From assembly GCA_016284635.1 (NCBI GenBank), contig JAEEPF010000001.1:10041-74040 (forward strand): a DNA stretch of 64,000 nucleotides, written 5' to 3'. The translations under genes and the position numbers were made by a program. The DNA comes from Prevotella sp. GTDB lineage: Bacteria; Bacteroidota; Bacteroidia; Bacteroidales; Bacteroidaceae. The notes under the pieces were generated by a model. The model did not search any database. It was not told the origin of the DNA and worked only from the letters and a program-made list of their open reading frames with translations. Every line of letters starts with the position of its first letter. Position 1 is the first letter of the stretch. This document shows positions 49,770-59,136 of the stretch, piece by piece.

Positions 49770-51485
49770 ATGATTACCAAGATATACAGGAAAGCGGCAG
49801 TACTGACTGTACTTTTCACTTTTCAACTTTTGGTCTTTTCACCTATAAGCATATCGGCCGTTCCGTCGAATTTGCAATTCGACGGTAGTGAGTATAAGGA
49901 TTTGCAATCCGCTCAATACGAAGTAGTGCCCCTGCCCCAGAGCATCCAGATGCAGCAGGGCGCTCCGCTTGTATTGAACAATCAGGTGCAGATCCTCGCC
50001 ACCGATGGTCTCCAGCGTGAAGCACAGTTTCTGCAGCAATATATAAAAGAGGTGTCGGACATCGACCTCGCCATTGCCGACAAACGACAGAAGAAGACGA
50101 CCTACATTGCCCTCTCCGTCTCGCCGAAGGTAACCAATACCGAGGGCTACGTCCTCACCGTATCTGCAAAAGGCATCACCATCGAGGGCGGCTCGCCCGC
50201 CGGCGTGTTCTACGGAATCCAAACACTCAGAAAATCTATAGTCTGTAGTCAAATCCCTGCAGCAGTCGTTACCGATGCGCCCCGCTTCAGTTGGCGAGGC
50301 ATGCACCTCGACTGCTCGCGTCACTTCTTCCCCGTTGCTTTCGTCAAGAAGTTCATCGACCTCCTGGCGCTCCACAACATGAACCGTTTCCACTGGCATC
50401 TGACGGATGATCAGGGCTGGCGCATCGAAATCAAAAAATGGCCGAAGTTGATATCGGTAGGTTCACAGCGCTCAGGCACCATCATCGGCACCAACTCCGA
50501 CATCGACGACGGTATTCCATACGGTGGTTATTACACACAGGACGAGGCTCGTGAGATTGTGGCCTATGCCGCAGAACGTCATATCACCGTCATCCCTGAG
50601 ATAGACATGCCTGGACACATGTTGGCAGCTCTCGCCAGCTATCCAGAGCTGGGTTGTACGGGTGGCCCTTATCAAGTAGGACACTACTGGGGTGTTTATA
50701 AAGATGTGCTCTGCGTCAGCAACGAACGCGTCTATCAGTTTGTCGAGGATGTGCTGACGGAGATCATGGACATATTCCCCTCCGATGTCATCCATATCGG
50801 TGGCGATGAAACACCCACAGAGAAGTGGCTCCAATGCCCCAAGTGTCAGGCACTCCAGAAGCAGTTGCCTGCCTCTCAACAAGCCGCTGAGGATTTTGAG
50901 CCCCTGACCTCAAAACTCTCTCCCCTACAGGTTCATTTTACCAAAAAAGTCTTTGATTTCTTAACCTCTAAGGGCCGTCGTGCCTTAGGATGGGACGAGA
51001 TTCTTGATGGTTCTCCACAGGATGCGATGATCATGTCTTGGCGAGGCACAGCCCCTGGTGCGAAAGCTGCTGAGACTGGTCACGATGTTGTTATGACACC
51101 CACCACCTTCTGCTACTTCGACTACCAACAGGTAGAGGATACACAGTTCGAGCCCAGCCATTGTGGTGGTTTCATCCCCATCGAAAAAGTTTATTCGCTC
51201 GATCCTGCCCCAGACAGTCTTTCCGCAGCAGCCCGTGAACATATCCTCGGCGCTCAGGCCAACCTCTGGACGGAGTATATGACCAACGAGGCGATGGTAG
51301 AATATCAGGCTCTGCCTCGTATGTCTGCACTTTCCGAAGTCCAATGGACACAGCCTGAACGCAAGGACTATGAAGCCTTTAAGAAAAGACTAACGCGACA
51401 GACAGCCCTCTTTGAGCTCTATCACTACCAGTATGCCAAGCATCTCTGGCCAGACAGACAAATGCCCAACCGCTGGCAATTTTAG
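49770..51485 (+). CDS. GH20 beta-N-acetylhexosaminidase
   Basis: PRFSWRGMHLDCSRHF, HWHLTDDQGWR, PEIDMPGH, HIGGDE, LWTEY. Confidence 0.93.
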   Translation: MITKIYRKAAVLTVLFTFQLLVFSPISISAVPSNLQFDGSEYKDLQSAQYEVVPLPQSIQMQQGAPLVLNNQVQILATDGLQREAQFLQQYIKEVSDIDLAIADKRQKKTTYIALSVSPKVTNTEGYVLTVSAKGITIEGGSPAGVFYGIQTLRKSIVCSQIPAAVVTDAPRFSWRGMHLDCSRHFFPVAFVKKFIDLLALHNMNRFHWHLTDDQGWRIEIKKWPKLISVGSQRSGTIIGTNSDIDDGIPYGGYYTQDEAREIVAYAAERHITVIPEIDMPGHMLAALASYPELGCTGGPYQVGHYWGVYKDVLCVSNERVYQFVEDVLTEIMDIFPSDVIHIGGDETPTEKWLQCPKCQALQKQLPASQQAAEDFEPLTSKLSPLQVHFTKKVFDFLTSKGRRALGWDEILDGSPQDAMIMSWRGTAPGAKAAETGHDVVMTPTTFCYFDYQQVEDTQFEPSHCGGFIPIEKVYSLDPAPDSLSAAAREHILGAQANLWTEYMTNEAMVEYQALPRMSALSEVQWTQPERKDYEAFKKRLTRQTALFELYHYQYAKHLWPDRQMPNRWQF

Positions 51486-51515
51486 ATCGAAATTTCTGTT
51501 ACAAGAGTAACTGTT

Positions 51516-51558
51516 TCTCCCCCTAAGTTAGGGGGAGCCAGAGGGGGTCTGAACAATG
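51516..51558. repeat. CCCCTAAGTTAGGGG hairpin element, intergenic copy
   Basis: Related to the in-frame copy at 54381-54422, with compensatory stem changes. Confidence 0.8.
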
Positions 51559-51563
51559 GCTCA

Positions 51564-52400
51564 TTATAATCCTCTGGCCTTCCAAATCCTGTCCTTCGCC
51601 GCATTGATCTCCTGGAACTTCTTCTCAGCGGCCTTGCGCACATCCTCACCAAGGGCAGCTACCTTGTCAGGATGATGCTCAAGGGCGAGTTTGCGATAGG
51701 CCTTCTTCACCTCAGCATCGCTCGCATCAGGACTGACACCCAGCACCTTATAGGCATCCTCCAACGTGTCTCCGGAGAGGTGCAGCATCGAGTCAACCTC
51801 TGAGGCCGACATACCTAACCACTGGGCACACTCCTTCAGAGCCGTAATCTCACTTTGGGGCACACGGCCATCAGCCTGTGCCACCATCACCAGATAGTTC
51901 AGCAACTGCAACCGCTGCGAGTAGTCCATCTGCTGATTGATCTGTCCGCAGCATTGGCGCACGGTCTGCTTGAATTGCGTCCACCCCTCACGCTTCTGTT
52001 CGTCGAAGAGTTTGTTCAGGATCTCATTACCCTGGGCGACAGCATCATTGCCGAAGTTCTGACGAAGCATCTGGCGCACCAGTTCCATCTCGGAGTGCAT
52101 CGCCTTGCCGTCGGCCTTAATAATATAAGAGGAGAGCACGAGCAACGAAAAAAGGAAGCTGTTACGCTGGCCCTGGGCCTGTCGCTGACGATAAGCCCGC
52201 TGATAGGCCTCATTGAAGTCCTGATATGTCTGTTGCTGTTCGCGACTGGAGTCCTGACCCCATGTGCCAGAGTTCTGAGGAGAGTTCACACCATCGAGCA
52301 TCGTGTCGAACAACGAACCTAACAGATAGCCTGCCAAGGCTCCCAACGGTCCTCCGGCCATCCATCCGATGAATCCTCCAATCCACTTTCCTGCTGCCAT
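51564..52400 (-). CDS. djlA: DjlA-like TerB + DnaJ co-chaperone
   Basis: N-terminal GG..GW..GGPLGA anchor, KADG/QADG TerB motifs, C-terminal J domain HPDK. Confidence 0.85.
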   Translation of the reverse strand: MAAGKWIGGFIGWMAGGPLGALAGYLLGSLFDTMLDGVNSPQNSGTWGQDSSREQQQTYQDFNEAYQRAYRQRQAQGQRNSFLFSLLVLSSYIIKADGKAMHSEMELVRQMLRQNFGNDAVAQGNEILNKLFDEQKREGWTQFKQTVRQCCGQINQQMDYSQRLQLLNYLVMVAQADGRVPQSEITALKECAQWLGMSASEVDSMLHLSGDTLEDAYKVLGVSPDASDAEVKKAYRKLALEHHPDKVAALGEDVRKAAEKKFQEINAAKDRIWKARGL

Positions 52401-52440
52401 ATTGCTAAGGATTATGATTTAGTCTAAGGAATATAGGAAT

Positions 52441-53274
52441 TTAGGAATTGTCAACGATGCTCTGCATCGTATTTCCCTGATTCCCAGATTCCTTAGAATT
52501 AATAATTTCTAATAGATTCCCTTGAATCACGCCGTTGGTGGCGACGACGCTGTTGCCCTGCGTAAAGTCCTCAGAACCAGCATAGTCTGTTACCAAGCCG
52601 CCAGCCTCCATCACGATCAAACTGCCTGCCATAAAATCCCACTGGCCGATATACTGCTCAGCATAGCCGTCGAGTCTTCCCGCCGCCACATAGCAGAGGG
52701 CCATCGCCGCCGAGCCACACATCCGGATACTGCCCACATTCCCATAAAACGCATCTATCAATCGCTTAATCGTCGGCTTATAGGCATCGCTATTATAAGG
52801 CAATTGCAGGCACAACAGCGCATCCTGTATCTTCTGACTGCTGACATGCAACTTATTATGCATTAAATAGGCTCCACCGCCCTTCCAGGCATAGAAGCAT
52901 TCATCAGCGCAAATCTCATACACCACACCGATCAATATCTCCTTCCCTTCCATCAGTGCGATGCTCACAGCATACGGTGCATACTGATGAATGAAGTTCG
53001 TTGTTCCATCCAGCGGATCCACCACCCAACACAATGGGGACTGTCCCCGTTGTGCGGTTTGTTCCTCCGTGATAAATCCTGCCTCAGGCAACAACTCCCG
53101 CAACGCACTGACAATCAGCCGTTCCGACCCTTTATCCACATACGACACATAATCATGTGCATGTTTCCGCTCCACGCTCTCAAGGGAGAACTTTTCACGT
53201 TCCCCCCTGATATACGCGCCAGCCCGTCGTGCTATTTCGCAGACGGCCAGGGTACATTTCTCTAAATCAACCAT
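52441..53274 (-). CDS. suhB: Inositol monophosphatase family (SuhB)
   Basis: ITEE, WVVDPLDGTTNF, GSAA..LCYVAAGRLDGY, WDF.AG. Confidence 0.88.
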   Translation of the reverse strand: MVDLEKCTLAVCEIARRAGAYIRGEREKFSLESVERKHAHDYVSYVDKGSERLIVSALRELLPEAGFITEEQTAQRGQSPLCWVVDPLDGTTNFIHQYAPYAVSIALMEGKEILIGVVYEICADECFYAWKGGGAYLMHNKLHVSSQKIQDALLCLQLPYNSDAYKPTIKRLIDAFYGNVGSIRMCGSAAMALCYVAAGRLDGYAEQYIGQWDFMAGSLIVMEAGGLVTDYAGSEDFTQGNSVVATNGVIQGNLLEIINSKESGNQGNTMQSIVDNS

Positions 53275-53283
53275 CAGAATGGA

Positions 53284-53523
53284 TTACTTCTTGATCAGCG
53301 AGGCGATCCAGAGGATGACAACGGCACCGATGATGGCGGTACCAAGCTGACCGAGAAGGCCGCCCCAAGAGATGCCGAGCAGGTCGAACAACCAGCCGCC
53401 GAGGACACCACCAAAGAGACCCAGCACACAATTCATGATGAGGCCGTAACCGCCACCTTTCATCAACTTGCCAGCGCAGAAGCCAGCCAAACATCCAAGA
53501 AGGAGTGAAAGAATAATACCCAT
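53284..53523 (-). CDS. GlsB/YeaQ/YmgE family stress-response membrane protein
   Basis: Gly-rich hydrophobic 79 aa; LGLFGGVLGGWLF...AIIGAVVILW. Confidence 0.85.
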   Translation of the reverse strand: MGIILSLLLGCLAGFCAGKLMKGGGYGLIMNCVLGLFGGVLGGWLFDLLGISWGGLLGQLGTAIIGAVVILWIASLIKK

Positions 53524-53642
53524 AATTTTTCTGTTTAATTGGTTTATTTGCTGCAAAGATACAACTTTTTATCCACTAAGGACACGAAGGACATAAAAAA
53601 AAACTTAATTTCGTGTACTTTGTGACTTCGTGGACATTTTTA

Positions 53643-54596
53643 TCACTTTATTCGCCTGTCAGCAAGATACATGCCAATGAGGATGAGGGCAGAGCCGAGA
53701 AGGAACCAAATAGTGATCTTCTCGTCGAGCAGCCACCAGGCGAAGAGGATGGTGGTGATGGGATTGAAGTAAACCCAGTTCGTAGCGATGACAGGACCAA
53801 GTTTGCCGATGACCCAGTTCCAGGTAAGGTAACATAGCATCGAGGCGACGACTCCCAGGAAGAGAAGATTCAGAATAGTTGAAAAAGTGAAAAGGTGAAA
53901 TGGTGAAGAAAAGAAGATGCTGGCTTCGGAGGGGACAAATATATAATAAGGTATAATGGTGAGGAGGCCGTAGATAAACACCTTGCGAGTGATGAAAAGT
54001 GAGGAATAGCCACTAACCGCAGCCTTCATTAACAGGCTATAGACAGCCCAGCAAAGACAGGCACCAAAGGCCAGCAGGTCGCCAAGGGGCGAGAGATGGA
54101 GCACAAAATGACCATTGAGCACGACAACGACCATACCCAGAAAGGCTATCAGCGAGCCAAGCGCCTGAATGCGTGTGATCTTCTCAGACTGGCGGAAAAA
54201 CAGGGCAAAGAGCAGCATCGCGAAGAGCGGACAGGAGCAGACGATGAGTGAGGTGTTTGTTGCTGTGGTGAAGAGCATCGCCGCGTTCTCCGCCAAGAAA
54301 TACACGGAACCGCCTGTGAGGCCAAGGGCAATCATTAGGAGCTCATCGCGCCAGGAGCGGCAGAACCAGCGGAAAGAGCGATTGTTCAGACCACCCCTAA
54401 CCCCTCCTAACTTAGGAGGGGAAGAAGTTACCTTGTTACGCAGGAGCGAATAGCCTAAAAGGAGGACGTAGGCGATGATGAAGCGGAGGGTGAAGATTTG
54501 CGCAGGGGAAAGGCCAGCCTGAAGCAGCATCTTCGTAAAGACGAAGGTACTGCCCCAGATAGCTACCGTTATAAAAGCTACAAGATGATACTTCAT
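53643..54596 (-). CDS. DMT/EamA family transporter
   Basis: IWGSTFV..K, LRF..AY, about 10 TM helices, NP...ILFA...L.E. Confidence 0.9.
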   Translation of the reverse strand: MKYHLVAFITVAIWGSTFVFTKMLLQAGLSPAQIFTLRFIIAYVLLLGYSLLRNKVTSSPPKLGGVRGGLNNRSFRWFCRSWRDELLMIALGLTGGSVYFLAENAAMLFTTATNTSLIVCSCPLFAMLLFALFFRQSEKITRIQALGSLIAFLGMVVVVLNGHFVLHLSPLGDLLAFGACLCWAVYSLLMKAAVSGYSSLFITRKVFIYGLLTIIPYYIFVPSEASIFFSSPFHLFTFSTILNLLFLGVVASMLCYLTWNWVIGKLGPVIATNWVYFNPITTILFAWWLLDEKITIWFLLGSALILIGMYLADRRIK

Positions 54597-54605
54597 ATCG
54601 TATTA

Positions 54606-54687
54606 GGCACGGATTACACGGATTAACACGGCTTTATCATCATACCCCAGAAGCAGTGTCTCTCTATGAGAGCCGTGTAATCCGTGC
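54606..54687. repeat. GGCACGGATT-arm element, copy 2 (inverted, diverged)
   Basis: ggcacggattacacggattaacacggcttta...gccgtgtaatccgtgc. Confidence 0.75.
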
Positions 54688-54697
54688 AAAAAAAACA

Positions 54698-55492
54698 TTA
54701 CTGCTTAATCTCAATGTCGCGCTTAACGTTATTGCGAATCTTCGTCAGATAGCCCTTCATGCCCTGGGCATCCTTGTTGTCGATAATCTCCAGCAGTTCC
54801 TTCAACTCCGTACGGATCTGACTGACCTGGTCGTGGGTATATGGGTTGAAGAGGATTTCCTGCAAGAGATAGTCATCCTCGTTCAGCACACCCTTGGCAA
54901 TCCGCATGTGGCGCTTGAAGGTGGTACCAGGTGCATCCTGATGCTTCATGACGGCCGCAAAGACGAAGGTCGAAACGAAGGGAATAGACAGCGAGTAAGC
55001 CACCGTCTTATCGTGCTCCTCGAAAGTGTACTCGTAGATGTTGAGTCCCAGCTTCTGATAGAGGTCCTTGAAGAAGATGCGTCCCATGTAGTCGCCCTCA
55101 CTGATGATGATGGCGTTCTCCTCAGAGAGTTGCTGGAGGTTGGCGAACGTCGGACCGAACATCGGGTGGGTAGAGACATAGCGCATGCCCGTTGACTCAT
55201 AGAACTCCTTCAAGTCCGTCTTCACAGAGGCGATGTCGCTGATGATGCACTCCTTGGGGAGGTAAGGAATCACCTCCTTGAACACAGGGATAGTATATTT
55301 CAGCGTGACGGCATTGATCAGCAGTTCTGGCTTGAACTCACGAATCTCGTCAAATGAGGTAAAGCGCTGACAGTTATAAGTGAAACGCATCCTCTTGGGG
55401 TCTCTCTCAAAGACTGCCACCTCATGCTCAAAACTCAGCAGGTCGATGAAGAAACTTCCCATCTTCCCTGCACCCATAACAAGAATCTTCAT
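54698..55492 (-). CDS. tyrA: Prephenate dehydrogenase
   Basis: GAGKMG, DIASVK, STHPMFGP, EEHD; operon context. Confidence 0.9.
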   Translation of the reverse strand: MKILVMGAGKMGSFFIDLLSFEHEVAVFERDPKRMRFTYNCQRFTSFDEIREFKPELLINAVTLKYTIPVFKEVIPYLPKECIISDIASVKTDLKEFYESTGMRYVSTHPMFGPTFANLQQLSEENAIIISEGDYMGRIFFKDLYQKLGLNIYEYTFEEHDKTVAYSLSIPFVSTFVFAAVMKHQDAPGTTFKRHMRIAKGVLNEDDYLLQEILFNPYTHDQVSQIRTELKELLEIIDNKDAQGMKGYLTKIRNNVKRDIEIKQ

Positions 55493-55516
55493 AATTCCTA
55501 TTCGTTTCTATCATTA

Positions 55517-56581
55517 CTATTTATTGATAATCTCCATTTGTTGACGGACGGACTCTTCATGGATATTCTCGAAGACGTGGGCGACGAACTCTGGATCCAT
55601 ACCGCAGAGCGAACCCTGTGCTCCACGCTTGTTCAGGATCTCATTGTAACGATTGGCCTGCAAGACGGTCATGTTGTGCTCCTTCTTGTACTGGCCGATC
55701 TCGCGACACACCTTCATACGCTTGGCCAAGAGATCCATCAGTTGGTTGTCGAGTTCATCGATCTGCTTACGCAACTGAGAGATGCCCTCCACCATCGTAT
55801 GCTCATCACGGATAACGAGCAACGACAGGATATAGTCGAGCACATCAGGAGTCACCTGCTGCTTGGCATCGCTCCACGCCTTATCCGGATCACAGTGGCT
55901 CTCGATAATCAAACCGTCGAAGCCGAGGTCCATCGCCTGCTGACAGAGTGGCGCAATCAGTTCACGACGGCCTCCGATGTGCGAAGGATCACTGATCAGC
56001 GGCAGTTCAGGGATACGACGGCGCAGCTCGATGGGAATCTGCCACATCGGCGCATTACGGTAGATCTTCTGCTCGTAGCTGGAGAAGCCACGATGGATGG
56101 CGCCCAGACGCTTGATGCCGGCCTGGTTGATACGCTCCAAGGCACCAATCCAGAGTTCGATGTCAGGATTGACAGGGTTCTTCACGAAGACAGGCACATC
56201 CACACCTTTCAGAGAATCGGCAATAGCCTGCATGGCGAAGGGGTTGGCAGAGGTACGGGCACCTATCCAAAGGATGTCGATGCCATACTTCAAGGCCAAC
56301 TCTACATGCTCTGGTGTGGCCACCTCGGTAGCAACAAGCATCTTCGTCTCTTTCTTCACCTGGGCGAGCCAGACGAGGGCGGGCTCGCCGTGGCCTTCGA
56401 AACCACCAGGCTTGGTACGGGGTTTCCACACACCAGCACGGAAATTGTGGCAGCCTTTCATCGCCAGTTCACGGGCGGTAGTCATCACTTGTTCCTCTGT
56501 CTCTGCAGAGCAAGGGCCTGCAATGACGAAGGGACGTTCATTGTCACTCGGTAAGTTCAGTGGTGCTAAATCTAATTCCAT
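55517..56581 (-). CDS. Bifunctional DAHP synthase (type I-beta) / chorismate mutase
   Basis: IAGPCSAE, RAGVWKPRT, WIGART, DPSH, AWSDA; C-terminal LRKQIDELD...IGQYKK CM domain. Confidence 0.92.
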   Translation of the reverse strand: MELDLAPLNLPSDNERPFVIAGPCSAETEEQVMTTARELAMKGCHNFRAGVWKPRTKPGGFEGHGEPALVWLAQVKKETKMLVATEVATPEHVELALKYGIDILWIGARTSANPFAMQAIADSLKGVDVPVFVKNPVNPDIELWIGALERINQAGIKRLGAIHRGFSSYEQKIYRNAPMWQIPIELRRRIPELPLISDPSHIGGRRELIAPLCQQAMDLGFDGLIIESHCDPDKAWSDAKQQVTPDVLDYILSLLVIRDEHTMVEGISQLRKQIDELDNQLMDLLAKRMKVCREIGQYKKEHNMTVLQANRYNEILNKRGAQGSLCGMDPEFVAHVFENIHEESVRQQMEIINK

Positions 56582-56615
56582 ATCTTGTCTATTTATGATT
56601 TACTTTTTTTTATTT

Positions 56616-56699
56616 GGCACGGATTTCACGGATTAACACTGCCTTTTATTCTTGCGCAGCAGCCGTGTCTTTATTTATAAAGCCGTGTTCATCCGTGCC
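56616..56699. repeat. GGCACGGATT-arm element, copy 3 (supplies the last codons and stop of the aminotransferase)
   Basis: Near-identical to 43764-43846; overlaps stop at 56689. Confidence 0.85.
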
Positions 56700-57861
56700 T
56701 AAATATTTCTTTAATCCGCTCGAGAGCAGTTTTGATTTTATCCTCTTTGGCGCAGAGGGAGATGCGGATGTAGCGCTGGCCGTTGGAGCCGAAGATAAAG
56801 CCTGGGGTGATGAAAACACGAGCCTCGTGCAAGACTTTTTCCGTCAAGTCCTCGACATCGGCATATTGCTCAGGAATCTTACCCCAAAGGAACATACCCA
56901 CCTGTTTCTTGTCGTAGGTACAGCCTAAGACATCCATAATCTGCTCGGCATACCTGCGACGGCGGCCATAGGTCTCGATGTTAAATTCACGATGCCAAGC
57001 CTCGTCGTTCTGAAGGGCCTCGGCAGCTGCCAGCTGGATACCGCGGAAGGTACCGCTATCAATATTACTCTTGATCTTCATGATCCACTGGATGAACTGC
57101 GCATTGGTGAGACACATTCCCACACGCCAGCCTGGCATATTATGGCTCTTCGACATCGAGTTGAACTCAATACAGCAGTCCTTGGCCCCTGGAATCTGAA
57201 GGATGCTCAAATGCTCCTCGCTGAGAATGAAGGAATAAGGGTTGTCATTCACAACAACGATGTTATGTTCCTTGGCAAAGGCCACCAATCGCTCATAAGT
57301 CTGACGCTGGGCACGGCCTCCCGTCGGCATATTGGGATAATTCGTCCACATCAACTTCACTTTCGAGAGATCCATCTGCTCGAGTTCGTCGAAGTCGGGT
57401 TGCCAACCATTATCCTCACGAAGATTATAATTGACGACCTTCGCACCCAGGATCTTACTGAGCGAGGTATAGGTAGGATAGCCAGGATTTGGCACCAGCA
57501 CCTCATCGCCAGGATTGACGAAGGCGAGGGTGACATGCAGGATACCCTCTTTCGAGCCAATCAATGGGAGCACCTCGGTCTTACCATCCAAATCAACATT
57601 GTACCAACGCTTATAGAAGCCAGCCATCGCCTCACGCAGTTCCGGCGTTCCTACCGTCATCTGATAACCGTGTGCATTAGGATCGTGAGCCACCTCACAA
57701 AGTTTCTCTACGGTCTGTGGCGACGGCGGCATATCGGGACTACCGATAGCGAGGCTGATAATGTCCTTGCCTTCGGCATTCATCTGAGCCACTTCCTTTA
57801 ATTTCCTACTGAAATAGTATTCGCTCACTAAACTGAGCCTGTCTGCTGGTTGTATCGTCAT
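56689..57861 (-). CDS. PLP-dependent class I/II aminotransferase (aromatic operon)
   Basis: GSKEGI, NYPNMPTG, DNPY, SMSKSHNMPGWRVG. Confidence 0.9.
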   Translation of the reverse strand: MTIQPADRLSLVSEYYFSRKLKEVAQMNAEGKDIISLAIGSPDMPPSPQTVEKLCEVAHDPNAHGYQMTVGTPELREAMAGFYKRWYNVDLDGKTEVLPLIGSKEGILHVTLAFVNPGDEVLVPNPGYPTYTSLSKILGAKVVNYNLREDNGWQPDFDELEQMDLSKVKLMWTNYPNMPTGGRAQRQTYERLVAFAKEHNIVVVNDNPYSFILSEEHLSILQIPGAKDCCIEFNSMSKSHNMPGWRVGMCLTNAQFIQWIMKIKSNIDSGTFRGIQLAAAEALQNDEAWHREFNIETYGRRRRYAEQIMDVLGCTYDKKQVGMFLWGKIPEQYADVEDLTEKVLHEARVFITPGFIFGSNGQRYIRISLCAKEDKIKTALERIKEIFRHG

Positions 57862-57877
57862 ATTCTTCTTTTTTTAA

Positions 57878-57953
57878 GAAACTAATCCCCGTAATAAGCC
57901 ATAATTAACCATAATATTATGAAGAATTACGAATAATTATGGGAATTCGTTTC
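57878..57953. repeat. 10-mer-arm inverted element, copy downstream of pheA
   Basis: gaaactaatccccgtaat...attatgggaattcgtttc; similar to 58824-58889. Confidence 0.7.
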
Positions 57954-57963
57954 TGAACATTAT

Positions 57964-58806
57964 CTAATTCGTTTGTTTGCCGTCTTTGTACTCTCCTAAA
58001 ATCTTTAAATCCTTTGTCAGTGGTATAATCGCATCTATCGACTGGCGGTAGCGGGTGAGGTCGTCGTACATCACGTCAACATAGAACAGATACTCCCACT
58101 CCCGTCCGATGATCGGCAGCGACTGAATCTTCGTGAGATTGATCTTATAGAACGAGAGAATCGCCAGCACATGAGAAAGACTTCCCTCCTCGTGGGGCAG
58201 CGAGAAGACGATGCTCGACTTGTTCGTCTCCGTCAATGGACGCAGCATATCGGCCTTATTGGGATTGCTGACCACGAGGAAACGGGTGAAGTTGTGCTTA
58301 TTATCCTCAATATGATCCTCAAGCACCTTCAGACCATAGAGCCTGGCTGCCTCAGCATGACAAATAGCCGCCCAACCACGATGCTGTCCCTCGGCAATCA
58401 TCTTCGCCGAACCTGCCGTATCCTCAGCCTCCACATTCTTCAGATGCGAATGCTGTGCCAGGAACTGACGGCACTGCATCAGGGCTACAGGATGGGAATG
58501 GACCTCCGTGATGGTATCCCAGTCGTCCTCAGGCAGACAGCAGATGCTGTGGGTAATATGCAATTTATGCTCACCCACCACCGTCGTACCGGAATCACGT
58601 AACAGTTCATAGTTATGGAGCAACGAGCCAGCGATGGTATTCTCGATGGCGAGCATACCGATGGCCGTGGGATCCTGCTTAATGCTGTCGAAGACCTGTT
58701 CAAAGGTAGAACAACAAATCAACTGTATCTGCTCCCCCTCGAAGTACAGGTGTGCCGCAATGTCGTGGAACGACCCAATCAGTCCTTGTATGGCAATTCT
58801 CTTCAT
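57964..58806 (-). CDS. pheA: Prephenate dehydratase
   Basis: IQG..GSFH, IENTIAGS, SHPVALMQC, NFTRF, ACT domain NLTKIQSLP. Confidence 0.93.
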   Translation of the reverse strand: MKRIAIQGLIGSFHDIAAHLYFEGEQIQLICCSTFEQVFDSIKQDPTAIGMLAIENTIAGSLLHNYELLRDSGTTVVGEHKLHITHSICCLPEDDWDTITEVHSHPVALMQCRQFLAQHSHLKNVEAEDTAGSAKMIAEGQHRGWAAICHAEAARLYGLKVLEDHIEDNKHNFTRFLVVSNPNKADMLRPLTETNKSSIVFSLPHEEGSLSHVLAILSFYKINLTKIQSLPIIGREWEYLFYVDVMYDDLTRYRQSIDAIIPLTKDLKILGEYKDGKQTN

Positions 58807-58823
58807 CTTTCTCTTTTTCTTTA

Positions 58824-58889
58824 AAACTAATTTCCGTAATGATTCGTAATTATTACATCAAATTATGTTCAATTATGGGAATTCGTTTC
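58824..58889. repeat. 10-mer-arm inverted element, copy upstream of pheA
   Basis: aaactaatttccgtaat...attatgggaattcgtttc. Confidence 0.7.
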
Positions 58890-58899
58890 ATTTTTAACT

Positions 58900-58933
58900 A
58901 AAAACTCCGCTTTCACTTGGTTGTGAAGCGGAG
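58900..58933 (-). terminator. Attenuator terminator of the Phe/Tyr operon
   Basis: Minus strand CTCCGCTTCAC-aaccaa-GTGAAAGCGGAG then TTTTT. Confidence 0.85.
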
Positions 58934-58970
58934 CAGTATTTTAATTTTTAAATCTTTTCATTCTTTAATT

Positions 58971-59048
58971 TTACTTACAGCCTTCCGCTTCACAGTTCCC
59001 TGCAAAGTAAAAGTAATAGCCGTAAAAGTAAGCGTTCAACAGTGACAT
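58971..59048 (-). CDS. Tyr/Phe-rich leader peptide MSLLNAYFYGYYFYFAGNCEAEGCK
   Basis: 8 Tyr/Phe codons in a 9-codon window; TGTGAAGCGGA antiterminator at 58984-58994; -7 box TACTTTTG at 59077-59084. Confidence 0.85.
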   Translation of the reverse strand: MSLLNAYFYGYYFYFAGNCEAEGCK

Positions 59049-59136
59049 ATTCTTTTCGTTTTTGTCTAATCGGCTGCAAAAGTACATCATTTCTGCGAAA
59101 CAAACAAATTTTTTGCAAGAAAATTTGCGATTTCAC

